Below are positions 1-9,388 of a stretch of 64,000 nucleotides of DNA, one piece after another. Under the pieces are notes generated by a model that saw only the letters and a program-made list of their open reading frames with translations, made no database searches and was not told the origin of the DNA. Origin of the DNA: Bacillota bacterium (GTDB lineage: Bacteria > Bacillota > SHA-98 > UBA4971); NCBI GenBank assembly GCA_030024085.1, contig JASEJE010000015.1:14375-78374 (forward strand). The letters are read 5' to 3'. The translations under genes and the position numbers were made by a program. Within the stretch, counting starts at the first letter, position 1, and the number at the start of each line of letters is the position of its first letter.

Positions 1-2
1 GA

Positions 3-884
3 TACGTCATTCAAGACGTGGGCCTTTTCCCCCACATGACCATCGCCGAGAACATAGCGGTCGTGCCTCATCTCAAGAAGTGGGACCGCAAGCGCATCGC
101 CGAGCGCGTGGACGAGTTGCTCACGATGATGGGAATGCCCCCAGCGGAGTACCGCAACCGCTATCCACGCGAGTTGTCGGGCGGGCAGCGCCAGCGTATA
201 GGCGTTGCCAGGGCCATGGCCAGCGACCCACCAATACTCCTTATGGATGAACCTTTCGGAGCGCTCGACCCGATCACGCGAGAGAGACTGCAAAACGAGT
301 TTCTCAAGATCCAGGAGAAGCTCAAGAAGACCATCGTCTTCGTTACGCACGACATCGACGAGGCGATCAAGCTTGGAGATAAGGTGGCTATCATGCGTAA
401 AGGAAGACTCATCCAGTACGACGCCCCGTCTGCCGTACTCAACGAGCCGGCCGACGAATTCGTCGCGGATTTCGTCGGTCAGGACAGAACTCTCAAGAGC
501 CTCAGGCTCATCCGAACGTATGAGGTGATGGACGCCGATCCTCCGGCCCTCCACATCCAGGCGTCCGCCGCCGAGGCGCTATCACTGCTCTCCTCCTCCT
601 CAGGCCAAAAGTACGCGTGGGTTGTCGGCGATGCACGTGAGCTGAAAGGCCTGATTGCGCGGAAGGACGTGCTGGAGGCTGACGCGTCAGGGGATGCGAA
701 GATAGCGGATATCGTCAACACAAATGTGGTATCAGTCGAGCGCGATACGACTGTGAAGGACGCGCTTTCAGAGATGCTCTCCTATGGGCTCGCGCGAGTG
801 CCGGTGGTAGGACCGGAAGGACGCTTGGAGGGCGTCCTGACCTTCGACAGCATTCGCAAGGTCCTCGCGAGAATCGACTCCTGA
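3..884 (+). CDS. Osmoprotectant (glycine betaine/choline/carnitine) ABC transporter ATP-binding subunit with CBS domains; 5'-truncated by window edge
   Basis: LSGGQRQRIGVARA signature, ILLMDEPFGALD Walker B, FVTHD H-loop, C-terminal CBS pair; frame open to window start (YVIQDVGLFPH). Confidence 0.92.
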   Translation, partial: YVIQDVGLFPHMTIAENIAVVPHLKKWDRKRIAERVDELLTMMGMPPAEYRNRYPRELSGGQRQRIGVARAMASDPPILLMDEPFGALDPITRERLQNEFLKIQEKLKKTIVFVTHDIDEAIKLGDKVAIMRKGRLIQYDAPSAVLNEPADEFVADFVGQDRTLKSLRLIRTYEVMDADPPALHIQASAAEALSLLSSSSGQKYAWVVGDARELKGLIARKDVLEADASGDAKIADIVNTNVVSVERDTTVKDALSEMLSYGLARVPVVGPEGRLEGVLTFDSIRKVLARIDS

Positions 885-914
885 AGTAGGCTGACCGATA
901 GGGGGTGATCGTGG

Positions 915-1568
915 ATGGACTGGGGTCTGCTTTGGGGCGAGATCCAGAGGCTGAGCATCCAGCACATGATCCTGGTGGCAGTAGGTGGCGGCATGGCGAT
1001 CGTCGTCGGCGTGCCTGCTGGCATATTGATCTCGCGCCCCGCATTTGGCCGGTTTGCCCAGACGGTTGTGGGGATCGCGAGCGTGGGCCAGACAGTGCCC
1101 AGCCTGGCAGTGGTGGGCATCATGATGCCTCTGCTTGGCGTCGGGTTCAAGCCCGCCGTATTCGCCCTGTTCGTATACGCTCTTCTGCCCGTCGTGCTGA
1201 ACACTTACGCGGGAATACGGAACATCGACCCCAGCATCATCGAGGCCGGGCGCGGGATGGGCATGACCGGCGCACAGATCCTTTTCAAGGTCGAACTCCC
1301 GCTTGCCTTCTCGGTGATAATGGCCGGGATAAGGACAGCCATGGTCATCTGCGTGGGAACGGCCACGTTCGCCCATCTCATAGGCGGCGGCGGTCTCGGC
1401 GACCTCATATTCCTCGGGATAGCGCTCCTGGACATGACCACGCTGCTCGCGGGAGCGATCTCCGCTGCTATCCTCGCCGTACTCGTGGATTTCCTCTTTG
1501 GTCGTATCGTGCGCGCCTGCACACCCCGGGGCATCGCACCGGCCAGCTCGCCTGAGGCAGCCAAATGA
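915..1568 (+). CDS. Osmoprotectant ABC transporter permease (OpuCB/ProW-like)
   Basis: Hydrophobic; QTVPSLA and EAGRGMGM (EAA) motifs; operon context. Confidence 0.92.
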   Translation: MDWGLLWGEIQRLSIQHMILVAVGGGMAIVVGVPAGILISRPAFGRFAQTVVGIASVGQTVPSLAVVGIMMPLLGVGFKPAVFALFVYALLPVVLNTYAGIRNIDPSIIEAGRGMGMTGAQILFKVELPLAFSVIMAGIRTAMVICVGTATFAHLIGGGGLGDLIFLGIALLDMTTLLAGAISAAILAVLVDFLFGRIVRACTPRGIAPASSPEAAK

Positions 1569-1629
1569 GGGCCTCGGGGATACCAGATCCACTGAAGTAC
1601 ACTGAAGTAAACGAAAGGGGAGTACAACA

Positions 1630-2538
1630 GTGAAAAGATGCCTGACTCTTCTCATCGTGGGAAGCCTGCTCGTCATGCTCCTCGGCGCAGGAGCGAGCGC
1701 GGCCAAGCCTACGATAGTAGTGGCGTCCAAGAACTTCACGGAGCAAGTGATCCTCGGCAGCATAATGAACATCCTCCTTGAAGAGAACGGGTTCCGGGTT
1801 GACGATAAGCTGGACCTGGGCGGCACGTCCATATGCCGGAAGGCCCTCGAGACGGGGCAGATAGACGTGTACATGGAGTATACCGGCACCGCTCTGGTGG
1901 TGTTCCACAAACACAAGGAAGTGGTCACCGATCCCGAACTCGCGTACAAGCTGGTTTCTGAGGCCGATAAGAAGAAAGGGCTGATCTGGCTCAACAAGGC
2001 CGAGTTCAACAACACTTACACGCTGATGATGAGGCGTGAGGACGCGGAAGCCAAAGGGATCAAGACCATTTCTGACCTGGCGAAATACGTGACCGAGCAT
2101 CCGGAGAAGATCTCCTTCGCCACCGACGCCGAGTTCGTGGCGAGGCCCGACGGCTTCCCAGCGCTGGAAAAGCACTACGGGTTCAAGTTCCCTCGAAACA
2201 AGATCATCAAGATGGACCCGGGCCTTGTCTACCAGGCAATCAAGGAAAAGAAGGTCAACGTCTCCATGGGGTTCGCGACAGACGGTCGCATAGAGGGGTT
2301 CGGGCTCGTGAACCTCATCGACGACAAGCAGTTCTTCCCCGTGTACAACCCGGCACCCGTGGTCCGCAGGGAAGTGCTGGATAAGTACCCGGAGGTGGGG
2401 GGCCTCCTTAACAAGATAGGCCCGTTGCTTGACACGAAGACCATGACACGCATGAACTACCTGGTGGATATCGAGCATAAGGACGCATCGGCCGTGGCCC
2501 GGGATTGGCTCGTGAGCGTCGGTCTGATCGATAAGTAG
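1630..2538 (+). CDS. Osmoprotectant ABC transporter substrate-binding protein (OpuCC/OsmF-like)
   Basis: VASKNFTEQ, YMEYTGT, FNNTY, FFPVYN motifs; SPase I-type signal peptide (GASA-A). Confidence 0.92.
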   Translation: MKRCLTLLIVGSLLVMLLGAGASAAKPTIVVASKNFTEQVILGSIMNILLEENGFRVDDKLDLGGTSICRKALETGQIDVYMEYTGTALVVFHKHKEVVTDPELAYKLVSEADKKKGLIWLNKAEFNNTYTLMMRREDAEAKGIKTISDLAKYVTEHPEKISFATDAEFVARPDGFPALEKHYGFKFPRNKIIKMDPGLVYQAIKEKKVNVSMGFATDGRIEGFGLVNLIDDKQFFPVYNPAPVVRREVLDKYPEVGGLLNKIGPLLDTKTMTRMNYLVDIEHKDASAVARDWLVSVGLIDK

Positions 2539-2564
2539 CGACAAACACCGGAAAGTAGCAAGAA

Positions 2565-2601
2565 CTGATGTTGGCCCTCGCTTCGCGAGGGCCAACATCA
2601 G
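2565..2601. terminator. Perfect 17-bp stem-loop after the ABC operon (terminator or stabiliser; no U-tract)
   Basis: CTGATGTTGGCCCTCGC-ttc-GCGAGGGCCAACATCAG between convergent genes. Confidence 0.55.
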
Positions 2602-2881
2602 CATAACAATGTCACCATACCACAGACAGATCCCGAGAAGCGAGCAGCAGCTTCGGGCCCCCAGGCCTTGCGGAATCTTCGCTTCATGCAAACACAGGGA
2701 AGGCCACCATGATCGGCAACCCATTACAGGCACTCTAGGCTTCCGGCCATGAACCTAGCGCCAGCATCTGCAGCAGGCACGCCCAGGCGAGGTGGTCCGA
2801 GAGACTGTGCTTTGTTTCACAAATGCCTACAAACCACTACCTCCCTTAACCCAATTGGGCCGCCGGCACGATCGGGAGAGG

Positions 2882-4003
2882 CTACGCCCCTGCGAGCACC
2901 TGGTCTGGGCTATGGTATTCGATCCCGAAAGCATCCGCCACGCCCTTGCACGTGAGCTTACCCTTGTAAGCGTTCAGGCCGAGCCTGAGGGCCGGGTCAC
3001 GCCTCATGGCCTCCTCGGCGCCGAGGTCCGCGATCTTGATCGCATACGGGAGCGTCACGTTTGTCAGTGCGAACGTGGACGTCCTCGGGAACGCGCCGGG
3101 CATATTCGCGACCGCGTAGTGCAACACGCCGTCCACGAAGTAGGTGGGATTCGCGTGCGTGGTGGGATGGATGGTCTCGATGCACCCTCCCTGGTCAACC
3201 GCGACGTCCACGATGACCGCGCCCTTCTTCATAAGCTTGATCATGTCTCGGGTGACCAGCTTCGGCGCCTTCGCGCCGGGTATCAGGACGGCCCCAATCA
3301 CGAGGTCCGCGTCTGCAAGCGCCGCCTCTATGGAGTGCCTGTTGGAGTACAGTATCTTCACGTTCTTCGGCAATATGTGGGACAGGTACCTCATGCGGTT
3401 GATGGAGACCTCGAACACCGTCACCTGCGCGCCGAGTCCCGCCGCCATTATGGCCGCGTTCGTGCCCACCGTGCCACCGCCGATGACCACGACATGAGCG
3501 GGTTCCACGCCGGGGATTCCGCCCATGAGCACGCCGCGACCGCCTTTCGGCCCCGCAAGGTAGTTGGCGCCCACGATGGCGGCCATCGCGCCGGCCACTT
3601 CACTCATGGGCGAAAGAAGTGGCAGGCTGCCGTCGGAAAGCTGCACGGTCTCGTAGGCGATTGCCACTATGCCGGAGTCCAGCACCGCTCTGGTCAGAGT
3701 CTCGTCGGATGCAAGGTGGAAGTACGTGAACATTGCCTGGCCGCGCTTCATCAGCGGGTACTCGGGCGGCAGAGGTTCCTTGATTTTCATGATCATGTCC
3801 GCCTGCGACCAGAGGGCGGCCACGTTCTCGATGATGCGTGCGCCCGCGCGGGAGTAATCTTCGTCGGATATGCCGCTACCCAGCCCTGCCCCCTTTTCCA
3901 CGAGCACCGTGTGGCCCCTGTCCGCAAGCGCCATGACCCCCGACGGAACGATCGCCACGCGGTTCTCGTTGTCCTTGATCTCCTTCGGGACCCCGACTAT
4001 CAA
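2882..4003 (-). CDS. ald: Alanine dehydrogenase
   Basis: IVGVPKEIKDNENRV, MSEVAG, GGGTVG NAD-binding, DQGGC, YAVANMPGA; TTG start after GGAGG. Confidence 0.96.
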   Translation of the reverse strand: MIVGVPKEIKDNENRVAIVPSGVMALADRGHTVLVEKGAGLGSGISDEDYSRAGARIIENVAALWSQADMIMKIKEPLPPEYPLMKRGQAMFTYFHLASDETLTRAVLDSGIVAIAYETVQLSDGSLPLLSPMSEVAGAMAAIVGANYLAGPKGGRGVLMGGIPGVEPAHVVVIGGGTVGTNAAIMAAGLGAQVTVFEVSINRMRYLSHILPKNVKILYSNRHSIEAALADADLVIGAVLIPGAKAPKLVTRDMIKLMKKGAVIVDVAVDQGGCIETIHPTTHANPTYFVDGVLHYAVANMPGAFPRTSTFALTNVTLPYAIKIADLGAEEAMRRDPALRLGLNAYKGKLTCKGVADAFGIEYHSPDQVLAGA

Positions 4004-4060
4004 CTCGACCACCTCCATAATGACGTCACGAAAACCCGGGATCCGCCCGCTTGTTGTATG

Positions 4061-4085
4061 ATTCTACTCCGGGTATCATAATCCT
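4061..4085 (-). promoter_or_regulatory. Candidate sigma-H promoter for ald
   Basis: AGGA-N17-GAAT (gaAGGAttatgatacccggagtaGAAT). Confidence 0.5.
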
Positions 4086-4294
4086 TCCAGCCCGGCGCAA
4101 AACGCGGACGCCGGGCGCATTCGGTCCGCAACCCGGCTGCTGGTCCCCACCTCGATCGGTCCCTGGCTCACTTGAGTATGGCACGTCGCACACACAACAG
4201 CAAGCTGCGCCTCGCCCTCAGCGAAACGCAGCCTGTCTTCGGACGATTTGTCGGCCTCAAGCCCCCGCAGCCGTGCTCAGGTCGGGGTGCGACC

Positions 4295-4504
4295 CTAAGT
4301 AGATCGCCACGAATTCGCGCTACTTTTCAGCGCGCAAGTCCTGTCCGGGGTTGCCGGTACTGCCCTCCGGGGACGGCGCGTGCGGTGAGATGCGTTCGAA
4401 TTCGGCGCTCAAGGCTAGCCAAATTCCAGGCGCCCCGCCCTAGCAAGCACCGGCAACCCCAACACCGTCAGGAGAAGGGCGCAAACTCATGGCGCCATAC
4501 TTAG
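4295..4504. mobile_element. MITE-like palindromic repeat, copy 1 (full length, 210 bp)
   Basis: CTAAGTA...TACTTAG ends, ~33-bp imperfect terminal inverted repeats, homologous to three other copies in window. Confidence 0.85.
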
Positions 4505-5019
4505 AAGTTCATCCCCACCAGCACGCGGAAAGAGCTTCCGCCATCTCCCGCGCTGCTGTAAAGCCCTTCGCCTGCGAGCCAGAACGGCGACATGATGTTG
4601 GCCTTGACGCCGCCGAGCAGTTCGAACCAGGAGTCGCTGCCGCTCATGAGAGCCACTCCGCCTCTGCCGTACACGTCGATCTGCGGGCTGACCGGCTGCT
4701 GACCGTACACGCCAATCTTGAAGATGTTGGCGTTGTATCCCTCGACCAGCTTCACTCCGCCGAACGCCCCCACTGAGGCGGCGCCGAAGCTCTGGAGAGC
4801 GAGTTTACCATACAGCTCGGTCTCGCTCGCGTTCTCGTGGCCGACGTAGTCGAACCCGAAAGCCACTTTATCAGAAAGGCTGAGTTCTCCGGTCAGCGTG
4901 AGGTGCGACTGATTCTCGTGGAAGTAGTACCCCACACCGATCTTGTTCTCTGCGGATGCGACCCCCGCCACTGCCAGCATCATAACGACGGCGACGGCCA
5001 GGCAAATTGCCTTCTTCAT
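4501..5019 (-). CDS. Secreted small beta-barrel (outer-membrane-type) protein
   Basis: Signal peptide ending ASA, alternating Gly/aromatic beta-strand pattern, C-terminal FRVLVGMNF; GGAGG RBS. Confidence 0.75.
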   Translation of the reverse strand: MKKAICLAVAVVMMLAVAGVASAENKIGVGYYFHENQSHLTLTGELSLSDKVAFGFDYVGHENASETELYGKLALQSFGAASVGAFGGVKLVEGYNANIFKIGVYGQQPVSPQIDVYGRGGVALMSGSDSWFELLGGVKANIMSPFWLAGEGLYSSAGDGGSSFRVLVGMNF

Positions 5020-5056
5020 CGATATCCCTCCTTGCTTGAGTTGACTTCACGATATG

Positions 5057-5081
5057 ATTCGACGGGAGGATCGAAACTCCT
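5057..5081 (-). promoter_or_regulatory. Candidate sigma-H promoter for the beta-barrel gene
   Basis: AGGA-N17-GAAT (ggAGGAgtttcgatcctcccgtcGAAT). Confidence 0.5.
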
Positions 5082-5109
5082 CCCCTGCCGGGGAAAACAT
5101 TCTCTGGAA

Positions 5110-6081
5110 TCAGACGAGGAACTCCCCGCGCACCACCTCCCACATCGCCGGATCCTCCGAGCCAAGCCGCCAGAAAGCTATCCCGTCGATGCCACGCCCT
5201 TTGACGAGCCTGAGTTTAAGCCTGAGGCTCTCGAGGTCCTCATAGTATATGACGTGCTCTGCGTCGCCGTCATAGTAGCGGATGACCGGACACGCCGCCC
5301 GCTCGTCCCATGCCGGCTGCAGGCCCGGTCTGGCAAGCACTTCCTTCGCCTTTTTCGGGTCCACTCCGCGCCCCTGCGACGCCACCCCTTTCTCGATGGT
5401 CCAGTGGCGGCCATAGAATGGAAGGCCCATCACGATCTTCTCCTTCGGGACACACGTGAGCGCGTAGTCGAGCACCTTCTCGAGCCACCAGAGAGGCGCG
5501 ACCGGTCCCGGCGGCCCTCCCGCCGGTGAATAGTCGTAGCCCATGATGATGAGGTGATCCACAAGCGGGGCAAGGCCGGGATAGTCGTATGCTTGGGCCC
5601 ATCCAGTATCGCCGGGAGCGGGGGGCGCGGTTTGCGCAACCACGTCCACGGAGAGGTGCTTGCCGTGGGGCTTGAGAAGGCGCGCGAGTTCTGCGATGAG
5701 CAGCGCGTACCTCTCCCTGTCTCCTTTCAGAAAGGCGCCCTCGAAGTCCATGTTGATCCCGTCGAAAGCGCGCTCCACGACTAGGGAGGCGATGTTTCCG
5801 GCCGCACGCCGCCTGGTGTCAGCGGTGCGGAGGATCTCGTGAGCGACCTCGGGGCTGAACTTCTCGTTCGCGATCAGAGGCACGAGCACGGTGCCCGACG
5901 ACCTCGCGAACCTTACGGTGTCTCCTTCCTCCTCGCTCTTGATGTCTCCGTTCGCATCCATTGAGTACCAGCAGGGACTGATGTGAGTTATCACATCAGC
6001 GTGTTCTCTGTACGACTGAACGCTGTCCGCAGCGTATGGAACCTGCCAGCCCAACACCAGCCTACCCGCGGATCCACCCAT
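5110..6081 (-). CDS. Glycoside hydrolase family 18 (YaaH/SleL/YdhD-like, no LysM)
   Basis: FDGINMDFE catalytic motif, IMGYD, GPVAP, GIAFWRLG. Confidence 0.9.
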   Translation of the reverse strand: MGGSAGRLVLGWQVPYAADSVQSYREHADVITHISPCWYSMDANGDIKSEEEGDTVRFARSSGTVLVPLIANEKFSPEVAHEILRTADTRRRAAGNIASLVVERAFDGINMDFEGAFLKGDRERYALLIAELARLLKPHGKHLSVDVVAQTAPPAPGDTGWAQAYDYPGLAPLVDHLIIMGYDYSPAGGPPGPVAPLWWLEKVLDYALTCVPKEKIVMGLPFYGRHWTIEKGVASQGRGVDPKKAKEVLARPGLQPAWDERAACPVIRYYDGDAEHVIYYEDLESLRLKLRLVKGRGIDGIAFWRLGSEDPAMWEVVRGEFLV

Positions 6082-6370
6082 CGGGAACCTCCCCCTCCCC
6101 CTTGTAGCGTAAGTCCGCCGCCAGCCGACCCCCTATACCACAAACGGGCGAAGTCGACGGACATTCCCATATTTCGAGATACAGACGACAAAACCTCCTG
6201 ACGTCCTGCAACGCCGCAGCACCGCGACCTTGCGACACTATCGCGACGCGGCATGGCGATGCACCATCGCGGCGCCCCCTCTCGACTTTACATCCCGCCA
6301 CGAGAGGCCTCTTCTCGCCTTTCCGTCCTGTCATCGGTCGCCCAGTATCGACAACATTCTTATGTATTGC

Positions 6371-6399
6371 TTGACAATTGTCTACTTATGCCGTACAAT
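6371..6399 (+). promoter_or_regulatory. Sigma-A promoter upstream of the codY-like gene
   Basis: TTGACA-N17-TACAAT in an AT-rich patch. Confidence 0.75.
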
Positions 6400-6814
6400 G
6401 TGTCCGGAAAGCTGGACAGTTCCTCCATTCATGGTTAACCAGGGGCGTCATTGCCATTCGCCAGGGGCATGCAGGTGCGTGATGCACCGCTGGGCAACGG
6501 CTCCGTTTTGCAGGTTCGTGTGGGTTATCTCAAAACGAGACGTGCACCCGAACCCTCCTGCAGCACATGATGGCCAGGGCGACGGCGACGTCGCCACGGC
6601 GGCGCGGGGAGGGCGACGCGGCCGGGGCAACGCCGCCGGGTGGGAGCGATTTCCGGTCCACCTCCGTGGGCACCTCGCGCAAAACCAGCCGCCTTCGCTG
6701 ATGCACGCCTCAAGGCGGCGTGGAAGCGACAAGGATGGATGACAGCGAGACGATGGTCATCCAGGCACCAACACCCAGAGCAGAAGCAAAGGAACGAAAG
6801 GAGGAGACGTTGAC

Positions 6815-7747
6815 ATGAAGTGCCGGCAGACGCTCAAAGCAATGGTGGAAATCCTCCGGGAGAGCCCTCCTCAGGCAGGAGGCGACGAAGTGTGCTCCGT
6901 GGTCAGTAGACTCCTTGGCGGCGCCCGCGTCTACTTTGTGGACAGCAGCGGGCGCATAGCAGGAGACTCCGCTGTGACAGCCGACCCCAATCACAGGCAA
7001 GAGCCAGTGGAGGGGATGGAACCAGAGGCCGGGGCCAAGGCAGAGGCAGAGGCGGGAACGGCGACGCGAACTGGAGCAAGGCGTGACGAGTGGCGGTCGG
7101 GAGACACCCTCGCGCCTCGCACCGTGGCCTCGCTCTGGGCCGCCGCGGCAGGCAGCCCTGGAGTCGCACAGCTCGCGCTCGACGGCGAGTGGTACGCGGT
7201 AGCCCCCGTGACGGTGCTGCAGCGAACCCTCGGCCTCGTGGTCGCCCGCCTGACGCGTGAGCCTTCGCGGGACGAGCTCGAGATGCTGGGCCCGATCGCT
7301 ACGGCCGCCGGGGCGGTGCTTGCCGTGGGGTACCAGAGCGAAGAAGACGAGCGTGAACGCAGCCAGCGTGCCGCGCGTTCCGCCATCCAGAGCCTCTCGT
7401 ATTCCGAGATCATAGCCGTCCGGGCCATCCTCGACTCCCTCGACGATGACCAGGGGTTCCTGGTGGCCAGCAGGATCGCCGACAACGCAGGCATGACGCG
7501 CTCGGTGGTGGTGAACGCTCTCCGGAAGCTATCCTCGGCCAATCTGGTCAGGACGAGATCCCTCGGGATGAAGGGCACTTTCGTGAAGCTGCTCAACCCT
7601 GAACTCCGGACAGAACTCGAGGACACCGGGCTCGGACGCGAGGCCCTGCCTGGGCAGAGGTCCACCGATGAGCCCGTTCCACGCGGCGCCGCGGCGGCTG
7701 CAAGAAAGGGCAATGCATCACTTTACCACGGCTCGATTCATGCATAA
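6815..7747 (+). CDS. codY: CodY-family transcriptional regulator with divergent N-terminal domain
   Basis: C-terminal wHTH SLSYSE...LVASRIADNAGMTRSVVVNALRKL...RSLGMKGT; AGGAGG RBS. Confidence 0.8.
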   Translation: MKCRQTLKAMVEILRESPPQAGGDEVCSVVSRLLGGARVYFVDSSGRIAGDSAVTADPNHRQEPVEGMEPEAGAKAEAEAGTATRTGARRDEWRSGDTLAPRTVASLWAAAAGSPGVAQLALDGEWYAVAPVTVLQRTLGLVVARLTREPSRDELEMLGPIATAAGAVLAVGYQSEEDERERSQRAARSAIQSLSYSEIIAVRAILDSLDDDQGFLVASRIADNAGMTRSVVVNALRKLSSANLVRTRSLGMKGTFVKLLNPELRTELEDTGLGREALPGQRSTDEPVPRGAAAAARKGNASLYHGSIHA

Positions 7748-7890
7748 CGATCACGCGCGCGTAGGAACATACATCATGAGCATGCCGGTGCCGGCTTCCC
7801 TCCCAGGGGCCGGTGCCGGCGATTGGCGCAAGGAGACCTGGAGCCACCCCGGACGCGGCCGCCGGGCTGGATGAAGGAGGCGCCGGAACG

Positions 7891-8079
7891 ATGGCGAAAG
7901 TGACAGTCGACGAGAACCTCTGCATCGGATGCGGCCTTTGCTCCGAGATATGTCCCGAGGTGTTCGAGATGGGAGACGACGGACAGGCGCACGCGTCTCA
8001 CCCCGAGGAATGCGACAGCCTCCCATGTTGCAAGGAGGCCGCGGAATCTTGCCCTGTGGAAGCCATCAAGATCGAGTGA
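7891..8079 (+). CDS. Ferredoxin (monocluster type)
   Basis: CIGCGLC...CPVEAI; AAGGAGG RBS. Confidence 0.93.
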   Translation: MAKVTVDENLCIGCGLCSEICPEVFEMGDDGQAHASHPEECDSLPCCKEAAESCPVEAIKIE

Positions 8080-8108
8080 CTCGAATACGAGGAGGTCGCC
8101 GGCGCGTC

Positions 8109-8348
8109 ATGAACGCTGATTCAGCAGGCTCCGGCTACGAGAGCACGCTCGTGCTCCATATCGAGGGAATGAGCTGCAATCACTGCCGCATAGCTGTGCA
8201 GCGGGCGCTCCTCCAGGTTCCCGGCGTGAGGACCGCGGAGGTGGACCTTGCATCCGGGACCGCCAAGGTGACGTTCGACCCGACAAGGGCGAACCGCCTG
8301 GAGATGGAGAAGGCCGTCGAGGGGGAGGGCTACCGCGTCTCATCCTGA
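8109..8348 (+). CDS. copZ: Heavy-metal-associated domain protein (CopZ-like chaperone)
   Basis: GMSCNHC motif, 79 aa, ends EGY. Confidence 0.85.
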   Translation: MNADSAGSGYESTLVLHIEGMSCNHCRIAVQRALLQVPGVRTAEVDLASGTAKVTFDPTRANRLEMEKAVEGEGYRVSS

Positions 8349-9388
8349 GGCCGGGGCAGATCGGCGACCACGGAAGGCGGGCCCCCGACCACGTGCACCG
8401 TCGCGCCGCAGGCCGGGCACTTGCCGGCTTTGACCTTGTACGCCACAAGGTCGAACCCGCTTCGCTCGATGAGGGGCTCCCCGCACGTACAGCAATGCGT
8501 GTCGTTGCCCTCGCCGCCGGGCACGTTTCCCATGTACACGTACTTAAGCATCTTGCGCGCGATCCCCACCGCCGTCCGCAGCGTGCTGACGGGCGTCGGC
8601 GGCGCGTCGAACCTGTAAGCCGGGAAATACCTGGAGAAATGCAGTGGCGTGTCGTCCCCCAGCGACGATGCGACCCACTGCACCAGCTTTCGTATCTCGT
8701 CCAGTGAGTCGTTGTGGCCGGGAATCACAAGGTTCGTGATCTCGACGTGGCATCCCGCCGCCTTCGACATCTCGGCCGTCCGCAGGACGGGCTCGAGCTT
8801 GCCATGGCATATCCTCGCGTAAAACGACTCCGTGAACGCCTTGACGTCGATGTTCATGGCGTCGATGTGTGGGAGGAGCTTCCTGAGGGGGTCCTCATTG
8901 ATTTCCCCGTTCGTGACGAGGACGTTTTTCAGCCCGCGCTCGTGCACCAGCTTCGCGGCATCCACCACGAACTCGTACCATATGAGCGGCTCGGAGTACG
9001 TATAGGCCACGCCAATCGACCGGCCGCGCCGGCCATACTCGGCCGCCGCCGCGGCGAGTTCCTCGGGTGTGATCCCCTGTGTCTCGGCATCCTCCTGGGA
9101 GATGTGCCAGTTCTGGCAGAATCCGCACGCGAGGTTGCAGCCCCTGGTGCCTACAGAAAGGATGTCCCACCCTGGATAGAAGTGATAGAGCGGCTTCTTC
9201 TCGATCGGGTCGAGGCCAAAGGACGTGACCTCACCGTAAATGAGGGAATACAGCCGGCCGTCTATGTTCTTTCTGGCCCTGCACACCCCCACCCGGCCAG
9301 GCCTTATCCTGCAGTACTGCGGACAGAGGAGGCACGTCACCACGCCCTCCTCCTGGTTCTCCTTCCGCCAGAATGACGCCTCTCGCAT
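8330..9388 (-). CDS. amrS: AmmeMemoRadiSam system radical SAM enzyme
   Basis: CLLCP..C, DPIEKKPLYHF, GCNLACGFCQNWHISQ; TGATG overlap with upstream gene. Confidence 0.93.
   Translation of the reverse strand: MREASFWRKENQEEGVVTCLLCPQYCRIRPGRVGVCRARKNIDGRLYSLIYGEVTSFGLDPIEKKPLYHFYPGWDILSVGTRGCNLACGFCQNWHISQEDAETQGITPEELAAAAAEYGRRGRSIGVAYTYSEPLIWYEFVVDAAKLVHERGLKNVLVTNGEINEDPLRKLLPHIDAMNIDVKAFTESFYARICHGKLEPVLRTAEMSKAAGCHVEITNLVIPGHNDSLDEIRKLVQWVASSLGDDTPLHFSRYFPAYRFDAPPTPVSTLRTAVGIARKMLKYVYMGNVPGGEGNDTHCCTCGEPLIERSGFDLVAYKVKAGKCPACGATVHVVGGPPSVVADLPRPQDETR

Noticed and set aside
4170-4281. Weak inverted repeat CTTGAGTATGGC...GCCGTGCTCAGG next to MITE copy 1
   Set aside because: Short and imperfect with a single occurrence; cannot be separated from chance
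4172-4504. Recurring peptide (RLAKFQAPRPSKHRQPQHRQ) in ORFs at 4172 and 16278
   Set aside because: It is the translation of the repeat element; frames and starts are not conserved among copies, so it is not a protein family or transposase
6230-6742. 170-aa ORF upstream of the codY-like gene
   Set aside because: Spans the promoter, has no RBS and has atypical composition
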